A program made the translations under genes and the position numbers. From contig NC_092671.1 in NCBI RefSeq assembly GCF_964355755.1, positions 5,704,001 to 5,768,000 on the forward strand: 64,000 nucleotides of DNA, written 5' to 3'. Under the pieces are notes generated by a model. The model had not been told where the DNA came from and searched no databases. It saw nothing but the letters and a program-made list of their open reading frames with translations. The DNA is from Antedon mediterranea (lineage: Eukaryota; Animalia; Echinodermata). Of this stretch, positions 13,801-25,800 are shown in pieces (within the stretch, counting starts at the first letter, position 1; each line of letters starts with the position of its first letter).

Positions 13801-16800
13801 AGCATCAAAATTGGCCACTGTGTTATCAGCATAGTAGCAATAATTATCATAAGTTTTCCAACCACTGGGGCATCCGTAGTATGCGGGTAGTGTAGTAGGC
13901 GGGGCATCAGTTGGCACATTCATATCTAGTAAAAAATCCAGTATAATAATACATCTTTAATAAATTCGTTTGTGAATTTACGACTCTACAATGAGTTGTT
14001 CTCTTTCAACTACAGTACCATAATAACAGATAATAGAAGAAAACAATAAGGAAACTAACAGAAAAAATGAAAGAAAATATTTTCAAAAGAAATATATTTT
14101 ATGTACGACACTAGACAAACATAAATTATTTCTCACTGTTATGTTTGTAAATGTCTGTCTGATTTGTAGTAGCAAATGAATTTAACAATTTTTTTTTATC
14201 AACTAAAAATTTAGATGGTAAAAAGTTTCACAAAAAAGCTTCTTCAGAAGATTGACTTTTACCATCTACGTTTTTATTTCAATTGGCTTGTTCAAAAGAA
14301 ATTTCCAAATTCATAACCTCATGAATACATTATTTAAATACCTCTTTCGTAATGGTCGTAAATATCGCCAGTGTAAGTTGGAGTAAGCCCGCCAGCACTA
14401 TCCTTGTTGAAAGAGCTTAATTGACATGTTTTCTGATTACGATTGTAATCAAAACTTAAACATGTGAAGCCAGTTCCCTCAATACACCTTTTGGCACAGT
14501 CACTTGGATAGACATCCGTCAGCACAATGTCATCCTTCCCACTGATGAAAGCATAATGATACGAGTCAAAGTATTTGTTGATGTATTCTGTAATTAAAGA
14601 AAAAAGAATTTGAGTGAGTGGCTGAGTGGTTAAAACAGTGGGACTGTAATTAAATAGCCATAACATCGGCAAGGGTTCGAGGCTCACTGTCTCCATGGTT
14701 TTGGTGGTAGAAGAACAAGTCTTCTTGGATAAGGACTATAAACCGTAGGTCCAATGTACACATTTAGCTTATGTGCACTTTAGGGAATCTAATACATCTT
14801 TCGAGATGAGTAGGGGGGTCTTAACCCAGTGTACTAGTACATCACAGTATAAATCAAAATATTTCAATTCAACAAGTGGAGGCCCAAATGGTTTTTTATC
14901 ATAAAAAGGAAAATGAAAGAACAACGCAGAAGTGGAGGCCCAACTGGTGGGCAGAAGTGGAGGCCCAACTGGTGGGCAGAAGTGGAGGCCCAACTGGTAG
15001 GCAGAAGTGGAGGCCCAACTGGTGGGCAGAAGTGGAGGCCCAACTGGTGGGCAGAAGTGGAGACCCAACTGGTGGGCAGAAGTGGAGGCCCAACTGGTGG
15101 GCAGAAGTGGAGGCCCAACTGGTGGGTAGAAGAGTGGAGAGTTTAAAATCATAGTTCATTGATGATATATATGATGAATATAAATAATTTAAAATGCATG
15201 TAGACAATTGTAATATTCAATTGAAAAAAAAAATGAGTTTGGAGCTTATATGACCAGTATTGGTAACAAGAAAAACGTAAGTTTAATGTATTCAATCTGC
15301 AGCAATACTGTTTCGCTCTTATTAGATCTCGTCAGTGCAGCTCAGATTTTAACATAAAAATGAAAAACATAATTGGCTCAATATATAGCATGAGTCAGGT
15401 AGTACAGTATGTGGAACATGGTAAACTGATTATAAACACAAGAGTACACAAACTCAACGTGACCTATGACATTTTCCTTACTATCTTTTTTGCAGATATA
15501 TCCAATAAAATTCTTTTCACATTTATGATCATTCCAGACTCCCTGATTTACAATTAATTCTCCACAATTTTCACCGCCTGAAAATGGCCCATCGTTGTTT
15601 GGTTCACCTGTAAACAAATTATATGTAAATTACTTTAAAGCCTTGGTCAAAAAGAATGCTATCATAATACTGTTTTTTATTTATATTATTATTTTATAGA
15701 AAGTTGCATACACATACCACTCTTCCAGTTAAAGTATACAAATGGTTCCTTATCGGTCCATTCCCAGCCACCCTCAGTCGTCAGATCATTGGCTCCTATC
15801 CACATTGTAGGCTCAGTGACACCTCTCAAAAGAGCTATTTGAAAAAGTACATAAAATAAATAAATACAGTACTCTGTGATCAAAATCATGAAAAAGATAA
15901 TTATTATTATGTATTAAAATAAGAATTAAAAAGAATTTTCAAAGAAAAAATTAAAATAAAAATATTTAAAGATGTATTGTCCTCCTAAAAAAATAAGAGT
16001 TTACAATTTTTTGATGAATATGCCGTTTTAATGTCACATAATAGTTATTCGCTTTGACCAAAAACCGGATTGAAAAAAAATTAATTTCCTGACAAAAATG
16101 TAATTTAAAGAAAAAAATAATCTTTATTTTTTATGTTTTTTGGGGACAATACATCTTTAACTAATTCTCTTTTATTAAATTAGCTACTGTAGTTTATTCT
16201 CCAATCAAATTCTTCCTTTGGTTTATTTATGGGAGCGGTTTAGATAATCTAACCAATCAGAGCATTTTTAGTGACAAATGTAACATGTTGATTGGTTAAT
16301 TTCCAGTTACTTACAAATAAGGAAGTTTTCTTCTTCATACGATGTAATACTAACAAGGTCACCGCCTTCAATCAGACACTGGTCTCTTGCGCCAGCCCAG
16401 TCCTTATAGTCAGATGGTCTTAAAAGGTAACACTTGCCAGAGGCGCTATCATACACCCAATCAATGCCACAACGGGTGTCAAAAGCACCTGATAAAAGTT
16501 TCAAAATAATCATTCACTTATTTTTCATCAGTTTTTATAAGAATATACACCTAATAATATTTCTCGAAGCTCTGTCTAAACAAATATGGTAGTGATATGC
16601 CCAAATACGGTAGTGATTTGATATCATCATGTCCATATATGGGCACATCATATTTTATGGTAGTGATATGCCCAAATACGGTAGTGAAATGACATCATCA
16701 TGTCCATATATGGGACCATCACATTTTTTGACAGGGCTTAAGGCATATTTGTTAATAGCAATCTCAATGACTGTCTAAATATCTATTCATAGTACAAAAA

Positions 16801-19800
16801 TACAGTATACAATGGTTCACAACATAAGCCTATTAGTAATTAGTAGTTTTTTTTTGTGAAACATACCAGTTGGCAGAGGTGTTGCTGTGTGTACAGTATT
16901 GTCATCAGCTGAAATAATAACAATAATAATATTAATACAACTGTAATAGCCACCAAGAGTAAACAAAATTAGAAGATGAATAGCAAGACTCTTTTCTGAG
17001 AGAAGTGATTTAGAATTTCCTGGAATATTTACTTTTAGGCTTTTTGCAGACCCAGCTTTCTTCTCTGCTACATGTCAGGTCATTCCACATGCCTACTTTG
17101 TAGTAGTTAATCTCCAGATGAACACAGTCCTCATTTCCAGCATTGTTAGGCTCACCAGGTGCCCAGTTGGTGAAAGTGATCTACAATAGTATCAACATGA
17201 CTAATTAATCATATTTAAAAACCTTTTTTTTTTCTTAAATATTTTGAATATGATATTGTAGGAAATGTAGTGCCTTTATTCTATCAAAAAGTCTTTATAT
17301 CAACTATATATATTATATAATAAGTACTAAATGTCATATTGTCTGTATTATTAATATCTAAGCTATGTATATGCTGGTAGTTTTTTGTTTGTTCAATACT
17401 GTTTATATGGTATTTTTCAACACGTTTCTTATTTGCACAGTTTATATATTACTTATCTATAATTTGAATTTCCAAAAATGATAAAAATGAAATATGTACT
17501 GTAGATGAATCTGTCCATTCAAAGTTTCCCTCGCCATTAGCGTCATGGAAACCAATCCACATATTGTCCTTGGCAATATCAGCACGTACTAAACAAAAAA
17601 TAATATATTATTTTATATGTATTAATTTAATTTTTATGTCAGATATAACAAAATAAAATTTTCATTGAAAATGTTGATCTATCAAATATTTGCATGGTAG
17701 ATTTCTTAGAAGGAAAGATTACCCACTGACTGTCACTTGTATAGGCATATATTGTTTGGCTCATATTTTGTCTCCAAGTATATTACTTTGTTTGTGTGTT
17801 GGTTTTTCCTGCTTGGATATAAGTTTGTTTGCATTATGACGTCCCCAATTTTCAAGTTATCATTCACTGAATTTTGTTTTTAGACCAAGCTTCAGGATAA
17901 TCGATATACAGTAAACTCTCCCAATACCGGACATCTTTGGACCATCTAAAATGGTCTGATATAAGTCTGATATTCGGAATGTGTTTTTAATGGTAAAAAG
18001 GAAATTGGGACCTTTTGGTTTTCAAGAAAAGTCAGAGTTTCTGGTTGTCAGAGAGTCCGGTATTGGGAGAGTTGACTGTATATGTTAACATCATAAAGGG
18101 TTAACAAAATCTTTAGTTATCTACATATTATTTGATATTCGCTGAAATAGTAAATAGCTCTCTGCATGCTTTGATTTTTTTGCTGTATACAAATTTGAAA
18201 AGACCCTTTAAATATTTGCATATTTACCAGACAAAAATGACTGTTCATCAGCATCTAAAATACTTGTCAATGATGCCTGCATTGATTCACATGTAGTCTT
18301 AGCTGCACTCCATGATTTAGGGTTGGTTCCAAAGTAATAGCAATTGTCTCCATACAAAGCCCAGTTAGAAGGACAACTTCCAATTTCTAACACAATAAAA
18401 AAGAATGTCACATGTGTGATTGGCTTGGCAGTTGATGGATGGCTGTTTCATTCATGAAAGAAAGCCCTAATAAAAGCTTTTGTTTAAATACTGTGCCAGG
18501 AGTGTTAATGTTTGTTTCAGTTATTTTAGATGAAAAATTAAAAAAAAATAACACATTTTCGGGTAGCCGGGATCTGAATAAAAAAATTGGAAAAACCTGC
18601 AAATTTCTGGGAACCTGGGACCTCTGCATTTTTTTAAAAATGAAAGTTTAATAATTAAAACTTTATTGTTTTAAGCACATTTTTTAAAAGTTTGGTTGAC
18701 ACCATACATGGCCGGGAGTTCAGTATTTTCACAGTGTGAACCAAACCTAAAAAGTAAAAATAATCATTTACCTTTGTATGGAGGTATTGTTTGCACTGCA
18801 GCTCCTGTCAAAATAATGAAATATATTAGATATTGGTAATTCATAATTATTATTTCATCATGTCATAGCAAGAAAGAACAGTTCCCATTTGTCAATGTTG
18901 TAGCATTGAATGAAATTTAAAATATAATTAAATTTAGACCAACCTGCTTTAATCTTGCAAATAAATGCTTGAAGAACGTAACAATTCTTTGTATCCCATG
19001 TTGCAGTAGTAGAGTCTAAAAAAACAACCAAAGCAAAAGTTCTAGTTACCGTACGTATGATAATATTACTGTATTAAGGCTTATTACAACCACTAGAGGG
19101 TGAGCTCGCTTCGCTCGCTCCCCCTCTAGGAAGTGTAGACGATGGTTCTCGGAATGATAATGTTCTCCTTATACATTTTCTGTCGGTTACCATTATTGAA
19201 AATGCTTGACATTCGTAAAACTAAACTACTTTGTTTCACAGTGTTTTAGATGATTAATAACATTTTAAAGTATAGTTTTTATTGTTTGGTAGGGCCCTTT
19301 GGGGAGGCGGAGGTCATTTGAGGGAGGTGCTTATTCGAGGGATATATGTTAAATTTTTTAGTTTAATAATATGGTAACATTTATAATCAAATGAAATCCT
19401 CTAATACAGTAGAAAAAGTGGTAAAAAAGAATAACAAATGCTTGGTAAATTTTGTAGATAACAGTGCGGTGAATTCTACTACAAATAGTATAATTGTGTT
19501 ATTATAAATATGTGGATGGACGTTTATTGGATAGTTGGGTGGGGGGGGGGGAGGGGTTTATTATTCAAAGTGATGTTTTATTGGAGAGGCGTTTATTCAA
19601 ATGAATACCATCCTAATAATTATTAATACACTATTTAATTTAATCATCTTTTGAAACTGCCGTAACAGAGTGGGCCCAAGAAAGAAGACATTACGGCTTG
19701 CAACATGGGCAGACATCTCGGTCCTAACGGGACACAGGAAGATAGCCTACAGTTATTCCTGCAAGCTTACTCAATAAAACTCAGCTATCGGGATTTCACT

Positions 19801-22800
19801 CGAAAAATGTCTTATCATCAAATCTCCCTATGTAATTTTATAATACTATTCCCCACAATATATTCTGATTCTTTATGACGTATATTTAATTTGATCTTTA
19901 TTAATTTGCAGTATAATTTAACTACTGTACCTTCACACACGCGTGGTATGTTTTAAAATAAACAAAAAACTGAAATGGCTATGACTCCTACTATCTGATT
20001 TTTTTTTCGTCTTCCAAAGGGACACTGTATTGATTGATGGAAAGTGCCTGTTTCCAGTCACCTTTAGGGTCAAATCTATTATTTTAACTGCTCCCTTGTG
20101 TTTAAAAGAGAGAAAATATTGGAAACCAGGTCGTTGCAAGGTGAACTTATCTTAAACCCGGAAATTACTTTGACCGGGAAGAATTGAAATTGAGAGGAAA
20201 ATCTAATGTTGAAATCATAAATGTTGTTAAAAAACTCTTTATAATATCTTCCTAAGATATAAATATGGAACAATAGCGTCGGCGTGCACACTAATGTTAT
20301 CAAATCTACGTTTCGCGGTACATCTCGGATAGATAAGGTAGGTATCCAAGGCGGAGATTTGTACCAAAGTTTTTGCATTGTGCTCGCCTATGTCAGAATT
20401 AACCATAATTTATATATAGATACCCAATACATTGTATGGATTGGTAGACAATATCTCAATTTCTCATCTTCTCCATGTTTTATGATGGTCTAAAGTCCTG
20501 TCTACACTATAAACTAGTTTGAAAAAAAAAGTGTAATGTGCCCAAATATGATAGTGAGATATACCCAAATATGGTAGTGATATGATTAAGCACATCCCAT
20601 TTTTTGTCACATAAAGTTTGATAGTGTAGACCGAGCTTAAAACCTTGTTTGCATTTGTATGGATTTTGGTCTGCACTGCTTGGCATTCAGTTTAATTGCA
20701 TGTATCATATTTTATTCAGCAGTAGCAAACAAATGAACCTACTACTTAGCAAGTTACTTACTAATCTTCACAACAAAATATTTACCTGTATAAATACTTC
20801 CACAGTCAGTTTGACCTTTGACATTGCCAGGCTGCCCTGGGTTCCAAAAATTAACTGTTATCGGTGCACCTTCAGACCATACAAAATTGCCATCACTTGC
20901 AACATCTATTTAAAAAAAGAAAGAAATCATTACAATGTGGAGAATGTGTTAAACACTACAAAAGTATAAAACAAATAAATACATAAAATTACTAATACAG
21001 TAGAAACTACTACAGCCACCCCATTAAGGTGAAACACCTATTAAGGTGAAACACCTATTAAGGTGAAACACCTATTAAGGTGAAACACCTATTAAGCATA
21101 TAATTAGGCAGTCAGTAAGAAGCAATTGTTAGGTCGTGTTAATTAACCATGCGCATGTGAAGAAGTTGAGACATGTTTCGCACTATTTAACGACACAATT
21201 TTGGTGGTTTCTGGGTCCAGATGATGACGAACAACACATTAATGCATAGGTCACTAGACATCTACTGACAGTTACAGAAAGTGTCTTCATTTATTTATTA
21301 TCTGATGATCTTGTACTCTTTAATACTGTACAAATATTTTTTGTCTAGGATCAACTGCTTTCTCTGTCAAAGAAAATATGAATACAGTACTGTGCATACC
21401 TGACATGCCAAACCAAACATCGGTCCTTCCAGCTTTTTTCAGTTCGGGTAGTTGACTGGTAATAAACTCATTCTCACGATCCCTAAAAAAAAGACCTATA
21501 AAGTACAGTAAAGCAATTCAGGACTGGAAATTAAGGGTTTAAATTATCGCCGTTGCTAAAGATACGGTACCGTATCCATGCTTTTAAAAACTAAAGATAC
21601 GGTAATTATAGAGGGCGCTTCCGTTTGCTAAAAGTACGGTAAAATTGCATTCCTAAAACTCGTACCTAAATATAAAACTCGTTCCTAAATATAAAACTCC
21701 TTCCTAAATATTAAAAACCTAACCCTCTAAATAATCTCTCTTAAATTTAAAACTAAAAAAAAAAAATAAAAAAAAGACGTCAAGAAGAGTATCGAACCTA
21801 CAACCCCTTAAGCCAAAGCCTCACCACATGCCCACTAGGCTACACAGCTGGCTTGCAGAAAACCAATGCAATAACCTATTTGATTAACATCCACATTACA
21901 TAGCGCCCTCTATAATTACCGTACCTTTAGTTTTTAAAAGTATGGATACGGTACCGTATCTTTAGTCATAACGTTAAATTATTTATTAATATCATGAGGT
22001 ATAAATAGAATTGTCTGGGATGTAATGCAGTACTGATTTGACAGTATTTGGATCATTATGCGGAAGTTATAAAATATAAAGTAACATAGCATTTCTCTTC
22101 TGATAATTAAAAGGACATTTGGTTGGTGTGCATTAACAGCAGGCTACTTACGACAGTATTGATGTAAGGTATCCACCTTGAGCTTCACAGTAATGTTTTG
22201 AGTCAGTCCAGGTCTTTGGACTATTTGCATTGATTTGGTAACAGTTCCCATCAAATAGTCTCCAGCCAGTGGCACAAATACCTAGAATGTATTAGAAAAA
22301 AACACACATAAATATACAGTACTACTAGGCCTAGTGGGATTACGGTCGAAGCGGCCGCCAACTAAAGCGGCCGCTAGTTCAATAACGGTAATCTGTATGG
22401 AACGCCGTGTGCGCTTTGATTGTCGTTGTTTTGTAATCTTTGATCGTCATTGTTTCGACAGGTTTTCTTTACCTCGGACGTAAATAACAATCTACATTAT
22501 TATGTAATTTATTCTCTTTTTTTTTACAGATTGAATGTGATACGCGTACGTTCTTTTAAACGAAATGGCGAATCGATGATTACTTATTTTAACTGTTCTA
22601 AATGATATACATATGTTTAATAAAGTCTATAAAATACATTGTGGTGTTTATATTGTATATTAATATAATATAATAATAAGCCAATTATTAAGAATTATAT
22701 ATAAATAAACCAATCAATAAAGTATATCAAAATATATAAATATATTAATAATTAAAAATATTTGTTATTGTATATTAATTAATTAATAAAGTAACTATTG

Positions 22801-25800
22801 TAGTGTTCGCAATCATAATTTAATTACAATAACATGATGACAGCAATTTATTTAATATCCTACACTATTTTATTACTTCAGATATTTAAATATTGATCAA
22901 TTGAAAATGAGTTTTAAATACTTAAATAAGATGAAAGTGTCTTTGATACGGTAATTAATTACGCGAATTTCTGCTAATAACTCGACTGACGGCCAGCAAT
23001 AGTGCTGCTGCACATTAGGTGCGCGTCCCATGTTGCTTTATTGAAAACACAAACAATGTATTACAATGGAATAACACTTAAATGTATAACACACCCTATT
23101 ACTAATAATAAAAACCAAGATTCGATAGTACAGTATGTAAATGAGATATAAATATTCGGCAATACCGTACGTAAATTATTATTGCAATACTGTATAAAGA
23201 TTCGATAGTATGTAAACAAGATATAAATATTTGGCAATACCGTACGTAAATTATTATTTAATGCAATACTGTATAAAGATTCGATTAAGTCTGTAAATGA
23301 GATATCAAGATTCGGCAATACCGTACGTAAATTATTAATGCAATACTGTATAAAATTCGATAGTTAAATGTAAATGAGATATAAATATTCGGCAATACCG
23401 TACGTAAATTATTATTGCAATACTGTATAAAATTCGATAGTTAAATGTGAATGAGATATAAATATTCGGCAATACCGTACGTAAATTATTATTGCAATAC
23501 TGTATAAAATTCGATAGTATGTAAATGAGATATAAAGATTCGGCAATACCGTACGTAAATTATTATTATTGCAATACTGTATAAGGATTCAATAGTATAT
23601 AAACGAGATATAAAGATTCGGCAATACCGTATACGTAAATTGCAATACTGTATAAGGATTCAATAGTATGTAAACGAGATATAAAGGTTCGGCAAAATAT
23701 ATTTCGATATATGTATTAGTTAATAGTAAATACAAATAAAATATACATTTATTTATCGGCAGGCAAACTTAATTATTATAGAAATATAAAGATTTGATAG
23801 TACATGAGTTGGCTTATATTTATTTAGCTGTAACTCAACTCGCCATAGGCCATGGCGTTGACAACGACAATCAAAGATTAAAGCGCACATGGCGTTCCAT
23901 ACAAATGACGATATTAAACTGGCGGCCGCTTTGGTTGGCGGCCGCTTCGACCATACTCCGCCTAGTGTACTGCTGCAAAGCTACCAAAAGTTTGACATCA
24001 TTTGTTTTTACTTATTTACTGCTACTCCTACTATTCTATAACTATAGCCTTTAGTAATAGCCTAAAGTACTAGAAGGGTTAGGTTAAGGCTAGCCTCTGC
24101 TATGCCTACTAGGTAATACCACTGACTAGCTAGGCCTAGCTAGGCACCACCTGTCCTTGCTGCTCTGGAGGAGGATCCAGGCCTAGCTAGTAGCCGGCCT
24201 ACCTAACTAGCTAGGGCCTACCTAGCCTAAACAAATCATGGAAAAAACACACAGTACCTTCGGGTCTTTGGCAAATAAAACTTAATGTCTGCGAACATGG
24301 TGCAGTACTCCATTTACCAACACTGTTAACTGTGTCAAGAACTTCAGCACAATTACCACCTGATGCAAAATATCTAAGAATAAAAGCAGACAACTATTTA
24401 TTTACCTTATTTCTTCCTTTTAAATTTCGTGCGTGTGTGGTTACACACGTGACATGCTGCCAATCAGTACGCCCTCTGTAGTTTAAAGATGTATTGTCCC
24501 TTTGACTAATTCCCAAAACAAATTTTGTTTTTAATTTCGAAAAAAAGTGGGTCATTTTGAAGTATCATAATAGTTATTAACTTTCACCAAAAATTAGTAA
24601 AAAAAAAAATAATTTAACCGAAATACAGATGTTTTTTTGTTCAAAGAATAACTTTGACTTCCAGTCAAAGTTTTCAATCAAAACATATCCCATAATGCAA
24701 TGCGCTTGTTTGGCTAATCTGTATGCATAATCATAAAACTTCCTTGCAATCTGTGTGAAAACACCTTCTCAACCGTGATGAGTTGTAAACAATCCTAATT
24801 AGCATCATGCATAATGCATACTCATGGTTTGAAATCTTTGTTTACTTTCGCTTGCGACGATTCTCAGACGAAATGTAATCTAATTAATTTACCTGTTAAT
24901 TACGTAAACTGTTGTTTTTGGCTCGAATTTTCGACTTAAAGTGAATAACTTTAATATTACTTTGATATGGCCAATTTAAATTTAGAATATTTTTTTTTCA
25001 TTTTTTGTGTTTCAAGGGACAATACATCTTTAAAAACTCTGAACTTCAATTACGGTTGGTTCCCGGCGACGGTGTTTGGAAATAGAACAAAACTACTACG
25101 TAAATTTAAAATATAAATAAAGCGAATCTTAGAGATTCCTTACTTGTTGTTTGGTTCTGTAATTGCCCAATTAGTGTATGATCCAAGAGATGTATCATCA
25201 CTCCATTTGTAGTCACCCTCCGTGTCACTATTCTATATTTTTAAAAAAATGGAAAACGATACTTATTACAAAGGTTCTTAATTTATTATAAGCAGGTTAT
25301 AAAAACAAAAGATCGATTGTGTTTATTTGTTTTACTAATTAAACATGTAGGACTGTTTATACAGATTAAGAATAAATGAAAACTAAAAATTGGCTTACAG
25401 AATCCGACAATCCGATCCAATAGGTCCGTCGGTAACGTGACGTCAGCACGTTTAGGTAATCCTGTGTGTTTTGGTTCTCAACTTTGACTAACTGTCCGCC
25501 AACTAATTCACATTCGCTTGCTGCTCTGTCCCATGAGCGTTGTTCATCAACAAATAAGTAACATTTGCCGTTGGAGTTTGACCATCCATTTGATTCATCA
25601 CATTTTATTTCAACATCTGAATAATTTATAAGTACCAGTTTTTTACACATCTATTATATTTAGCTATATAAAAAACATTATTTATCTATATAATATAAAC
25701 TTGAGTCACCCACAACTAACTGTGGCCGGCCATCACCATATACAGTATTACGGTAGTTATATACCGTAGGATAATGTATTTCTATGTTAATGATATCATC

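Noticed and set aside
14769-15207. Five overlapping ORFs with repeated peptides, and a CRISPR-like look
   Set aside because: Pure 25-bp tandem repeat with no unique spacers, inside a eukaryotic intron; frames are open only because the unit lacks stop codons.
19537-19557. G-rich tract, possible G-quadruplex (poly-G also at ~38477)
   Set aside because: Simple homopolymer run with no supporting context.
23061-23695. Array resembling a CRISPR locus, and an 85-aa ORF
   Set aside because: Units are contiguous and homologous along their whole length (no spacers); no cas genes; lies inside a transposon.
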